Shown here piece after piece: positions 27,609 to 36,319 of a DNA stretch of 64,000 nucleotides. The position numbers and the translations under genes were made by a program. Within the stretch, counting starts at the first letter, position 1, and each line of letters begins with the position of its first letter. The DNA is taken from IMG/VR virus record IMGVR_UViG_3300045988_165705. One strand, given 5' to 3'. Source of the DNA: a virus. The notes under the pieces were generated by a model. It was not told where the DNA came from, made no database searches, and saw only the letters and a program-made list of their open reading frames with translations.

Positions 27609-27881
27609 ATGAGTGAGGAGCACAAGCCGCAAAGCGGCACTATCTACACCCGTGATGAAGCGATGCTCATTGTCGAGCTGTTTGAGGATGTTCTTGATAC
27701 CTACAACATCAAGGTTCCCTCTCCCGAAGACGATGAACGGGAGCCGGATAATGAAGCAAAGCTTTACGGAAGCGTCTACTCCGATTTGCTGGATGATGTC
27801 GAGGCATCTCTCATTGCGCTACTCGATAGGCATAAGAAACACACGGCAATCGTGACAGACGAGTTTTCCGGAACCGTTTAA
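27609..27881 (+). CDS. small acidic hypothetical protein
   Basis: 90-aa ORF starting 1 nt after the upstream stop. Confidence 0.6.
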   Translation: MSEEHKPQSGTIYTRDEAMLIVELFEDVLDTYNIKVPSPEDDEREPDNEAKLYGSVYSDLLDDVEASLIALLDRHKKHTAIVTDEFSGTV

Positions 27882-28352
27882 GCAATCAACTTCGTTGCCG
27901 TCCGAAAACCCCGAATCATATGCCTTCTCTGTTTTGCCAAGTACAGATAAGTAAAGTGAAAAAGAATTGGCTCCAGCCTGCTAAGCTGATATTTAATTTT
28001 GTTAAAAGAGGTTCTAACAAAATCAAATCTATTTTTGAAGAGCATAGCCGCCGTGCTTTTGACTGGTTAGACATAGAGAGCTAACCGGGAGCGACGGCAT
28101 TTGAACTGTAAAGTTCAAAGCTCAAAATTAAATATTCAATGCTCAACCCTTAAAGCTTTTTATTGAAGAAAGCTCAAACACCAAAGCATAAACACCAACT
28201 TTTTGCAAAATCCAAGAGCAATGGTTTGTCGGGTGTATATGTGACCGTGGGGAGTACCACTTGGCTGGGCGGTAACGAGTTGTTTAATATATATGACCTC
28301 CGAGTATGACAAAGCGGAAAGACGCTTGACGGTTCGGACAGACGAGCAATCC

Positions 28353-28442
28353 GGGAAAGTGGCGAAACGGTTAGACGCGGGGCGAGTAGAGCCCTGGGAG
28401 GTTGCGCACCCCTTGTTGGTTCAAATCCAACCTTTCCCACCA
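28353..28442 (+). tRNA. tRNA-Tyr-like type II tRNA with an atypical anticodon loop (GAGTAGA)
   Basis: Acceptor GGGAAAG/CTTTCCC plus ACCA. The T arm GTTGG-TTCAAAT-CCAAC is identical to that of tRNA-Tyr at 13256..13341. Anticodon stem GGGGC/GCCCT, but the loop has G32 A33 GTA G37. Confidence 0.5.
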
Positions 28443-28569
28443 ATAGGGAACGATGTTCGTGCTTTGTTTCTGGAGCAAAGAATGTCCTGTATTTCCAGAA
28501 TGCAGGAAGCAGCAAAGTGGGGAACATCATGCGGCTGAGTAGCAAGGGGTTCTAAGCCGCTTCTGAGAT

Positions 28570-28645
28570 GGGGATATAGCTCAGTTGGGAGAGCATCTGC
28601 TTTGCACGAAGAGGGTCGCCGGTTCAAGTCCGACTATCTCCACCA
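28570..28645 (+). tRNA. tRNA-Ala (TGC)
   Basis: Acceptor GGGGATA/TATCTCC with the G3:U70 pair, loop TTTGCAC, CCA encoded. One mismatch each in the anticodon and T stems. Confidence 0.75.
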
Positions 28646-29070
28646 AAAGCCCACTTGAAATGATATATAGTGGCTGGGTCAGCGACTACGCTGGGCGGAA
28701 GATAACGGGATATGAGCGCTGGATGCTCTGGCACCGCCTTAACAAAAGCAAATCAAGCCGGTGAGAGATAGTTAATCGCCTAAAAGCTCAAGGGCATGAG
28801 CACCAAACCATGTCGTAAACCAGAACCGGCGGGACTAAGCAGGGGTTTGGGTGGTATGTGCCTACCACGCTCCATCTGTAGCTTGCCTTTTATATCGCAA
28901 GTGAGGTGTAGCTAAGACTGGTAATAAGAAATGTCGGCACATCGTCTTTGCCAGAGGCGAGGATGACATACACACAGAGCATGGGTGAGGTTCCGGCAAA
29001 CTTAGGTTTAGGCCGGAGTGTATGGCAAGGGCGAGGACACCAAACATGACTTTGGTAAGGAGGCAAAAGC

Positions 29071-29271
29071 GTGGAGCGTAATGATTTTATATCTGGTGAT
29101 GCGTACTACCGATACAAATTTGAGCGTGAAAGCAAGAACGAAGAAATCCAGCGCCTCCGTACAAAGATGGAGCGAATGAGAACCGACAACTATGTTCGAG
29201 TAGCTTATGACAGCGTCGTAATAACGGTTCTTGTCGCATTTATAGCCTTTCTCTTGGTGGGTAGAGGCTAA
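29071..29271 (+). CDS. small tail-anchored membrane protein
   Basis: GTG start with AAGGAGG upstream. C-terminal 'VVITVLVAFIAFLLVG'. Confidence 0.6.
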   Translation: MERNDFISGDAYYRYKFERESKNEEIQRLRTKMERMRTDNYVRVAYDSVVITVLVAFIAFLLVGRG

Positions 29272-29296
29272 GAACAATTCATGAGGAGGGACGCCG

Positions 29297-30109
29297 ATGA
29301 GCAGCAAGATGAACTACATACCATACATATCTTCCTACGAGGATATTCGAGCCGAAATGAGCAACGACTTGCAGTATAGGCTGGCGAACAGGACTGTCAG
29401 AACTTCTCTCGGACGCCCTCTCTATTATCGCATCAATGTCCAGATGATTACGACACAGGAGTGTCCGTTCCACTGCCCCTTCTGCTTGGAACGACAGAAT
29501 CCCATGTCGGGAGACAATGATTTTGATGCACAAATCGAGGCGTTGAGGCGGGTTTTGCTGGAGCATCCCAACGCACGGTTGTCTATCACGGGCGGCGAAC
29601 CCGGCCTTTATCCCAAGCACATCGCCAATATCGTTGAGACTTATCGTAAGAACGGTAATGGTGTGTTTTGTTCCATCAACACTACGGGATTCAGCACGGA
29701 ACTGAATGGGCTGGCGCACATCAACCTTTCCCGCAACGACTATGTCTGGACAGACCCGGCTGGTTTTCCGGGGTGTACTGTCCAAACGATAGTTGAGAAT
29801 CCTACGCTTACTTTTATCAAGGACTACATGAAGATGGATGCCAGCAGCTTTTCTTTTCGGTTCCTGAGCGGCCTTGAAAAGAAAGATTACCCTGTAGATA
29901 TTTGGAATGATTTGCAGCAGGACGCAGATGTCGATGTGCATACATTCAGAATCGGCGATTTCTTTGTGTATGCAACCTTTGACTATGCAGGAAAACACGC
30001 TCGTGTAACACTCGGTGATATGTGGCAGCAGCGTCACAATGATTACGGTGACGGCTATTCCAATATCATCATCCATCCGGATGGCCGTGTGTCCACCAAC
30101 TGGAGATAA
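29297..30109 (+). CDS. radical SAM enzyme (unknown subfamily)
   Basis: 'TTQECPFHCPFCLERQ' (CxxxCxxC) and 'ITGGEP'. 270 aa. GAGGAGGG RBS. Confidence 0.8.
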   Translation: MSSKMNYIPYISSYEDIRAEMSNDLQYRLANRTVRTSLGRPLYYRINVQMITTQECPFHCPFCLERQNPMSGDNDFDAQIEALRRVLLEHPNARLSITGGEPGLYPKHIANIVETYRKNGNGVFCSINTTGFSTELNGLAHINLSRNDYVWTDPAGFPGCTVQTIVENPTLTFIKDYMKMDASSFSFRFLSGLEKKDYPVDIWNDLQQDADVDVHTFRIGDFFVYATFDYAGKHARVTLGDMWQQRHNDYGDGYSNIIIHPDGRVSTNWR

Positions 30110-30122
30110 ATGGAGGGTTAAA

Positions 30123-30284
30123 ATGCGTCGGATAAGAGTACATATCGACATTCCCAACAAGACAGTTGTCGTTAAACGGGGTTTCTTCGGTTCTGCCGTC
30201 CAGTATTCTGGTGGATGGTGGGATGATTACTCCATTGCCGAAATCATCAAGCATTTTGAGGAGGAAGAAGATGGACGAAGATAA
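30123..30284 (+). CDS. small hypothetical protein
   Basis: Start set at MRRIRVHIDIP with GGAGGG 6 nt upstream. Confidence 0.5.
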   Translation: MRRIRVHIDIPNKTVVVKRGFFGSAVQYSGGWWDDYSIAEIIKHFEEEEDGRR

Positions 30285-30594
30285 GATTGCTGATACCCTC
30301 AATGTCGGCGATAAGGTCGAATGCGTTCGGGACTCGCCGGACAATAATGATAGCATCGCTATTGGAATGCAGGGAGTTATCTGTGTTATCGTTGAGTCCT
30401 CCCCGCACATCGGAGTCAGATGGAACGAAGAGGTTGTTGGAGGCCATGACTGTCAAGGGGCGTGCTCTCGTGGATACGGGTGGTTCGTTACGGCAAGCGA
30501 TATTAAGCGTATTGACGACAATGACGAGTTTGAAGTTGATGCAACAGAACTGGACAAGCTCTTTGAAACTTTCACAAAGGAGGCCATCTCATGA
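30271..30594 (+). CDS. hypothetical protein
   Basis: Start set at MDEDKIADTL with GAGGAGGAAG upstream. Overlaps the previous gene. Confidence 0.6.
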   Translation: MDEDKIADTLNVGDKVECVRDSPDNNDSIAIGMQGVICVIVESSPHIGVRWNEEVVGGHDCQGACSRGYGWFVTASDIKRIDDNDEFEVDATELDKLFETFTKEAIS

Positions 30595-30803
30595 CGGTTT
30601 TGGATTTTATAAGAGCGCACTTTTCGCTGGACTCTCAGGTCGATAACCTGCTGGTTCGGCGCAACACAGACGGTTTCTGCGAGACGCTTTATAGCGGTGC
30701 TATCGATGACGAGCGTTACATGAAGCCCGAAGTAAAGTGTGCCACAATCAGAAAGTGGTGCCTTCCTCGGCGTGGGAGTTCCGTTATCCTTATTGTCGAG
30801 TAA
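30591..30803 (+). CDS. small hypothetical protein
   Basis: 70-aa ORF with an ATGA overlap with the upstream gene. Confidence 0.55.
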   Translation: MTVLDFIRAHFSLDSQVDNLLVRRNTDGFCETLYSGAIDDERYMKPEVKCATIRKWCLPRRGSSVILIVE

Positions 30804-30818
30804 AGGTTCTGGCCTTAT

Positions 30819-30905
30819 GCGGGTATGCTGGAATCGGCAGACAGGCAAGCTTGAGGTGCTTGTGCCCATCAGGGCGTGTGAGTTCAAATCTCACTACCCG
30901 CACCA
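30819..30905 (+). tRNA. tRNA-Leu (GAG)
   Basis: Acceptor GCGGGTA/TACCCGC, anticodon arm CAAGC-TTGAGGT-GCTTG, long variable arm, T arm GTGAG-TTCAAAT-CTCAC, CCA. Confidence 0.85.
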
Positions 30906-31033
30906 CGGAGCCCTTCTAACAAATATGACTGGGGCAAGATTACCGGCTAACGGCTTTCCAATAGAGAGTACGCCTGTAATGACAAAATAGTTAGTCAGAT
31001 GGTGGTTGGCTGACCTAAAGGCCACTTTCAGAC

Positions 31034-31117
31034 GCAGGATTGGTGGAATTGGCAGACACGGCGGATTCAAGTCCCGCTGCCTTCGGCGTAAGAGTTCAAG
31101 TCTCTTATCCTGCACCA
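31034..31117 (+). tRNA. tRNA-Leu (CAA)
   Basis: Acceptor GCAGGAT/ATCCTGC, loop TTCAAGT, long variable arm, T arm AGAGT..TCTCT, CCA. One A-C mismatch in the anticodon stem. Confidence 0.75.
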
Positions 31118-31257
31118 TTAGCTTTGCCACGGTGTTGTGTCCTTTCAGTAGCTCCCTCCTTTTCGTCCGTCGTTCATCGTTTTCCTTTCAAACGGCAAAG
31201 CTGCTGTGGAATCCAAGCGTGTCCACCATTCAGGGCGCACCGTAACAGCCGGTTTAT

Positions 31258-31333
31258 GCTTCCGTAGCTCAGTTGGTAGAGCACCGCCCTTTTAAGGCGG
31301 GTGTCATGGGTTCAAGCCCCATCGGGGGCACCA
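31258..31333 (+). tRNA. tRNA-Lys (TTT)
   Basis: Anticodon arm CCGCC-CTTTTAA-GGCGG, D arm GCTCAGTTGGTAGAGC, T loop TTCAAGC, CCA. Confidence 0.85.
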
Positions 31334-31361
31334 ATTCTATTTCGTGAGGAGGTCATCTATC

Positions 31362-32027
31362 ATGGGGGTTCATATTTATGTGGCCGCAAATACAGTGTGG
31401 GCTTTTTTTCAAAGCCATAAAGACCGCCTGTCAAAGGAGATGGTCGTCATTGCAGAGAACAAGGACACAGAGTATGCGGTATATCTTACCGAGGATAATG
31501 CGCTTCCTTTGTTTTCCGTGTGTAAGGGCGATGCAAAACCGGAGTATGAGGAGTGTGTTCTGACCGAGACAGGTTGTAATGAAGCGGCGAAACGCCTGTA
31601 TGCACAATATCTTTTCCCTGTCATGGTTGTTGATGGGAAGAAATGCCCGCCGGAATTGCCGGAGGAAGAACCAGAAGATTTGACTCGGCAGGATATGGAG
31701 GATGCTCAGTATGAGCGCGAGGACGAGCTTTCTCTCGCTCTGTGTGATTTCCTGTCCGTTGTCTTGCAGGAGTCGATAGACAACAGTCCTGAAATCATGG
31801 ATACATACGGAGAAATGTTTGTAAACGAGGTCTTAGACCACTTCTTGGAGTACCTCGCTCAGGAGCAGTGCCTGCCAATTTACCGCCCCATGATTATCAC
31901 GGATGAAGAAACTGGCTGCGAGGTCTATACGGAGTTTCCGTATGAGGATGATGCTGGTTATCCAGTGGATGATGAAGAGTTTAGTGGAGGCTTTTGGGAT
32001 GATATTAAGGGCGGCGGTCTGAGATGA
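31362..32027 (+). CDS. strongly acidic hypothetical protein
   Basis: Start set at MGVHIYV with GAGGAGG upstream. The C-terminal half is rich in D/E ('PEEEPEDLTRQDMEDAQYEREDE', 'YEDDAGYPVDDEE'). Confidence 0.65.
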   Translation: MGVHIYVAANTVWAFFQSHKDRLSKEMVVIAENKDTEYAVYLTEDNALPLFSVCKGDAKPEYEECVLTETGCNEAAKRLYAQYLFPVMVVDGKKCPPELPEEEPEDLTRQDMEDAQYEREDELSLALCDFLSVVLQESIDNSPEIMDTYGEMFVNEVLDHFLEYLAQEQCLPIYRPMIITDEETGCEVYTEFPYEDDAGYPVDDEEFSGGFWDDIKGGGLR

Positions 32028-32043
32028 CCCGCCCTTCTTTTAT

Positions 32044-32134
32044 GGGGAGTTGGCCGAGTGGCTTATGGCGGCGGTCTTGAAAACCGTTGACGGTGATGAG
32101 CCGTCCGTGGGTTCAAATCCTACACTCCCCGCCA
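32044..32134 (+). tRNA. tRNA-Ser (TGA)
   Basis: Acceptor GGGGAGT/ACTCCCC, anticodon arm GCGGT-CTTGAAA-ACCGT, long variable arm, discriminator G, CCA. Confidence 0.85.
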
Positions 32135-32159
32135 CATTTTTTGATTGGAGGTCTGTGAA

Positions 32160-32819
32160 ATGCCAAACTGTTTGGATAGTATGCCATGGCGTTCCTTAAA
32201 GGGGCTTGGAAAATATGCGGCTGATTTCTTGCAGCTCGGAGATTACCGCAATGTTGTGCTGAAGAACGGTGCGCAGGTTCAGTTTCGCATCATCGGCTTC
32301 AATCACGACAAGACGAGCGACGGTTCTTTGGCTCCTATCTCTTGGGAGATGGTGGATTGTCTGCCTAACACTTACCCCTGGAACAGGCGCGACACCAATG
32401 AAGGGTCGTGGGAAGCAACGCAGATTCGCCATCGGCTCAACGATGCGGATGGCGACATTCATCGTCTGATTCCCGACGAGATTTTGGATGTTGTCACACC
32501 AGTCATTAAGCAGACAGCTGATGTGTACACTGGCGAGAATCGTATTATCGAGACGCTGGACTCTTTCTGGATAAAGTCTGAGAAGGAATTGTATGGACGC
32601 AATATTTACTCCGCTCCCGGTGAGGGACATTGGTACGAGTGGTATCGTCAGGAAGATGTCGCATGGTTTAAGCTCCGCAACGGCAATCCTGAGTACACCA
32701 TGTTGCGTTCTCCTATTTCTGGCGACAGCCGTTTTTTCTGTTGTGTCTACGGCTCCGGCGGCGCCAGCCGTTACTACGCCAGCTACAGTTGTGGCGTCGC
32801 TTTCGGCTTCTGCACTTAA
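32160..32819 (+). CDS. DUF6273-like protein
   Basis: Start set at MPNCLDS (GGAGG 8 nt upstream). Layout 'PISWEMVD...IRHRLND...FWIKSEKELYG...TMLRSP...CGVAFGFCT' matches the family pattern I recall (I.W.VL / WLN / FLLS / WWLRSP / GVRP). Confidence 0.55.
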   Translation: MPNCLDSMPWRSLKGLGKYAADFLQLGDYRNVVLKNGAQVQFRIIGFNHDKTSDGSLAPISWEMVDCLPNTYPWNRRDTNEGSWEATQIRHRLNDADGDIHRLIPDEILDVVTPVIKQTADVYTGENRIIETLDSFWIKSEKELYGRNIYSAPGEGHWYEWYRQEDVAWFKLRNGNPEYTMLRSPISGDSRFFCCVYGSGGASRYYASYSCGVAFGFCT

Positions 32820-32820
32820 A

Positions 32821-32846
32821 GCTGCATGGCGTAGCCATCAGCTTTT
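32821..32846 (+). terminator. rho-independent terminator
   Basis: gctgcatggc-gta-gccatcagc (one bulge) followed by TTTT. A second hairpin, gcgcccgg...ccgggcgc, lies at about 32881-32917. Confidence 0.6.
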
Positions 32847-33011
32847 GCCCGAACCAGCAAAATCAAATGGCTTTTTACAAGCGCCCGGCGCTCCGCAAAG
32901 GAGACCGGGCGCGTTTCATACCCACAACGGCTCCAACCTCCTCGTGGTGTGGGCGGATAACCGAAAGGCGAACAAATAGGAGTACATCAGTATTGAAGGA
33001 GTACATACATC

Positions 33012-33410
33012 ATGGCAAAAATCACTATCGCAGGCGACGCAGCTGTCGTAACTTCCGCAATGAAGCTGGAGGACATCAAGACCATTGAGAAGTATCGTCC
33101 CAAGGAGCTGGTTCTCAAGGGTGGCGAGGACGGCAAGGAGCCTATCTTCGCTGTGGGTACCACCAATGGTGCCGGTAACATCAACGCTTTCGGTGCTTCT
33201 TTCGGCGCTGAGACCCGCGACGATGAGAAGCTGGCGTGCATCACCCTGTTCCTCGACGGCGTGACCGGCGATGTTAAGGACTGGGTCGCTGACCGTCTGG
33301 GCGCCGCCATCATCAGCCTCAACAAGCTTGAGGAGAAGCTGCCTGCCGTCCTCGATGAGATTGCGGCTGAGAAGGCAAATGTGCTGAGCAACATCACGGT
33401 CGCTCAGTAA
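33012..33410 (+). CDS. hypothetical protein, first gene of the Ubl/JAB/E1 cassette
   Basis: 132-aa ORF with GAAGGAG RBS. No motif recognised. Confidence 0.7.
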   Translation: MAKITIAGDAAVVTSAMKLEDIKTIEKYRPKELVLKGGEDGKEPIFAVGTTNGAGNINAFGASFGAETRDDEKLACITLFLDGVTGDVKDWVADRLGAAIISLNKLEEKLPAVLDEIAAEKANVLSNITVAQ

Positions 33411-33490
33411 TCACTGGTCGCAAAGGGGCGGCTCATGCCGCCCCCCTTCCGTTCACAACAAAACAAATTTTGAATTAAAGGAGAAACATT

Positions 33491-33718
33491 ATGATTAAGG
33501 TTACTGTTGGCAACAATGTCAAGCGCGAGTCCGTTATCATCGACGAGTCCACCACCCTGCGTGCCTGTCTGGAGGCGAACGGTGTTGACTATACCCGTGG
33601 CGTCATGCACCTCGACGGGTCTTCCCTGAACCCCGGCGACCTCGACAAGACCTTCGCTCAGTTCGGTATCACCGAGAAGTGCTTCCTGCTGAATGTGGTC
33701 AAGGCCGATAACGCCTGA
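33491..33718 (+). CDS. small ubiquitin-like (beta-grasp) protein candidate
   Basis: 75 aa. 'MIKVTVGNNVKRESVIIDESTTLRACLEANGV...' has ThiS/MoaD-like length and pattern but ends ...KADNA with no terminal GG. AAAGGAG RBS. Confidence 0.45.
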   Translation: MIKVTVGNNVKRESVIIDESTTLRACLEANGVDYTRGVMHLDGSSLNPGDLDKTFAQFGITEKCFLLNVVKADNA

Positions 33719-33739
33719 TTCACAAGCAATAGACCAATT

Positions 33740-33765
33740 GAGCCGCCCATTCGGGCGGCTCTTTC
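33740..33765 (+). terminator. rho-independent terminator / attenuator
   Basis: gagccgccc-attc-gggcggctc followed by tttc. Confidence 0.55.
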
Positions 33766-33768
33766 TAT

Positions 33769-33853
33769 GGGGAATTGGCGGAACAGGCAGACGCTGCGGA
33801 CTTAAAATCCGCTGGTGCATACCATATCGGTTCGACTCCGATATTCCCCACCA
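33769..33853 (+). tRNA. tRNA-Leu (TAA)
   Basis: Acceptor GGGGAAT/ATTCCCC, anticodon arm GCGGA-CTTAAAA-TCCGC, variable arm, T arm ATCGG-TTCGACT-CCGAT, CCA. Confidence 0.85.
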
Positions 33854-33880
33854 TATAACAAAATGAATAGAGGTGTTCCT

Positions 33881-35341
33881 ATGTTCAAAACAAGCATTTC
33901 GTCAACGCCGTTTACCACGGAAGCTGCCAATAGCTACTTTACCAACATCACCGGCGGTGCTTTCGGCAACGACTGCTCTTTCCTTGCGACGCTTCGTGCC
34001 TTAGTTGCACCTCGAATCAAAGAGGGAGAGTCCGTCAATCTGCTGTTCGGCTCTTCTGATTATACGGCAGACACGATTCGTAGTGTTCCGGCGGACAGAG
34101 CCGTTTCGGCTATCTGCAACAACTATGATATGAGCGCAACCGGTCAGGTTATTATTCATAGTTTGCGGGCAGACTCGGACAGCAATCTTGCCAACATGAA
34201 AATCATCGCCGACAAGTTTGCCTCTGTGTATGCGGGGTATCATCGCCTCGAAAAGTTCGCAGAGTTCTACCGCAAGTCTTTTGCTGTGGATTGCTACATC
34301 AACCCTGAGCTTAAGAGCGTTATTATCTTTGCGGACAATCTCGACATCCGTAAAATGCATTACTTGCAGGTTTCCATCCTTGCATTCCTGCCGTGGTATC
34401 TGAACCAGCAGGAGGGCATCACCGAGGATGAGCTTGCGTTGGTCAAGTCCCTTCGTGAAAAGAACTCGGAAGAGTATGAACACTGTCTTGCCAAGCTTGC
34501 GGAACGGTATGATTTCCGAACTGCAAGAATCCGTCAATTGCTGAAGGGGTTTGAGACCCGCTACGAGCAGATTGAGTGTGACCGGGTCAGACAGATGATT
34601 CAGAACATCGACCGAGAAATTACCCGTCTGAATGACAACATCGGTGAGCAGTTCACAAAGCGTAACGAACAGTGCATTCGCTTGCTGGGTCTTGAGCAGA
34701 AAGTTGCCGATGGCGGTGAGGACTCCGAAATCATGGAGTACTTCCTGTGCAATACCAAGCTGGTTCTGGAGCGAGTGACCAACACCGATATGTATTTCAC
34801 AGTCAAGGATTGCCTGGAGTATTTCGACCGGGATATGGCGGAGCAAATCATCAATCGTGCTACCAGTTTTGTGTACCGTCCTGATGGTGGTTCCGGCCAC
34901 ACAGGCGCAGCCGCTGAAAAGATGAAGAAGCTGATGACCGAAATCTTTGTCAGCGAGGAGCCGCGTCTGAAAATCCGTGTCTGTGCATCGTATCGCTTTG
35001 ACCTCAATGGTAGTGTTTCTCCGCAGGGACATCGAAGCTTTGGCGCGGAGTACGCTGATTACCTTCCCAATCCCCATATCAACGACTACAACTGCATGGG
35101 CAACTATACCACCACTATCAACAGGCTCCTCAAAAATCACGATTACATCGGTGCTTTGGAGCAGTGTATTGCTTCTTGTAAGAGCCTTAACTGGGGCGAC
35201 TCTGCGGTCATGACTTCGTTTATGCGGTCTATGTGGGGCAACGGCAGCAACAATCGCTGCATTGAACTGCCTGATGGTCGTGTTGTAAAACCCAACGAAG
35301 CCATCACTTGGTTGGAGCAGCAAGCACAGACAAATGAGTAA
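33881..35341 (+). CDS. large cassette protein, possible E2-like C-terminal domain
   Basis: Start set at MFKTSISS (AGAGGTG RBS) because the ORF-track start overlaps the tRNA. 486 aa. The C-terminal 'LPNPHINDYNCMGNY' is reminiscent of the UBC HPN...C loop, which is weak evidence. Confidence 0.6.
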   Translation: MFKTSISSTPFTTEAANSYFTNITGGAFGNDCSFLATLRALVAPRIKEGESVNLLFGSSDYTADTIRSVPADRAVSAICNNYDMSATGQVIIHSLRADSDSNLANMKIIADKFASVYAGYHRLEKFAEFYRKSFAVDCYINPELKSVIIFADNLDIRKMHYLQVSILAFLPWYLNQQEGITEDELALVKSLREKNSEEYEHCLAKLAERYDFRTARIRQLLKGFETRYEQIECDRVRQMIQNIDREITRLNDNIGEQFTKRNEQCIRLLGLEQKVADGGEDSEIMEYFLCNTKLVLERVTNTDMYFTVKDCLEYFDRDMAEQIINRATSFVYRPDGGSGHTGAAAEKMKKLMTEIFVSEEPRLKIRVCASYRFDLNGSVSPQGHRSFGAEYADYLPNPHINDYNCMGNYTTTINRLLKNHDYIGALEQCIASCKSLNWGDSAVMTSFMRSMWGNGSNNRCIELPDGRVVKPNEAITWLEQQAQTNE

Positions 35342-35357
35342 GCGGAGGAGGCGCAAA

Positions 35358-36317
35358 ATGAGTAAACCCATTAAGATGACCGAGCAATACATGGCTGAGT
35401 GCCGTGCAGATTTTGAAAAGGCTTTGCAGCTCACAAAGCTGGCAGATGGGAAACTGTCTTTCACAAAGGTGTTCACCTGTGGTGACAGAAAAGCAACCGT
35501 TTTCTTCACCGCTGGGGCATGGGCAAAGATGGCGCTCCTTATCAAGGAATTCGATAAGGAGGTCGCTTGGCATGGTGTTGCGCATCGTGCAGCCGACGAA
35601 GCCGTAGATGAGTACATCATCGAAGACATCGTGGTTTATCCGCAGGAGGTCTCCGGAACCACGGTTGAGATGGACACTGAGAAGTACGCTGAGTGGTTGA
35701 TGCAGAACGCAGACGATGAGCGCTTCAACAACATTCATATGCAGGGACATTCCCATGTCAATATGCCGACCAGCCCGTCCTCTGTAGACCTTAATCATCA
35801 GGAGGAAATCCTCAATATGCTGGGGGACGATGATTTCTACATCTTCATGATTTGGAACAAGTCGTTTGTCAGTACAAATAAAATCTATGACCTCAAGAAG
35901 AATGTCCTGTTTGAAGATAAGGACATCACCGTCAAGCTTGAGGGTGAACATGAGGGGCTGGCTGAGTTCCTCAAGACCGCCAAAGATATGGTCAAGCAGA
36001 AAAGCTATACCTATGGGAGCTATGGCGGATATAGCGGGTACAGTGGCAACCGCCCACCTTATTCTGTCACCCCCTATAATCCTCTTCCGGACAGCAAAAA
36101 GGATGAGAAAGAAGATAAGGGCGACAAGAAGTCCGATAAGAAGTCTGACGACAAGAAATCGGACAAGAAGTCCGAAAAGGCCGAGAAGCCGCGCACAAGA
36201 ATCGGCGCAGGCTGGCAGGGAAAGAATGCCTGTCAGCAGTCCATGTGGGACGAAGATGACGATGATTCTGTGTACCCCTACGGCGGCTACAGCGACCAGT
36301 ATCTTGGAGGTGAATGA
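35358..36317 (+). CDS. JAB/MPN (JAMM) metalloprotease-domain protein
   Basis: 'VYPQEVSG' (Glu) and 'HMQGHSHVNMPTSPSSVD' (HxHx7SxxD). Start set at MSKPIK, after GGAGGAGG. Lys/Asp/Ser-rich tail ending YLGGE. Confidence 0.8.
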   Translation: MSKPIKMTEQYMAECRADFEKALQLTKLADGKLSFTKVFTCGDRKATVFFTAGAWAKMALLIKEFDKEVAWHGVAHRAADEAVDEYIIEDIVVYPQEVSGTTVEMDTEKYAEWLMQNADDERFNNIHMQGHSHVNMPTSPSSVDLNHQEEILNMLGDDDFYIFMIWNKSFVSTNKIYDLKKNVLFEDKDITVKLEGEHEGLAEFLKTAKDMVKQKSYTYGSYGGYSGYSGNRPPYSVTPYNPLPDSKKDEKEDKGDKKSDKKSDDKKSDKKSEKAEKPRTRIGAGWQGKNACQQSMWDEDDDDSVYPYGGYSDQYLGGE

Positions 36318-36319
36318 TA

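Noticed and set aside
28174-28627. ORFs overlapping tRNA genes or ORF-free RNA regions (28174..28545 -, 28293..28538 +, 28421..28627 -, 30453..30887 -, 30739..30990 +, 30894..31130 -, 41180..41521 -, 13329..13595 -).
   Set aside because: They run across cloverleaf-forming tRNA sequences, have no RBS, and their products have no protein-like features.
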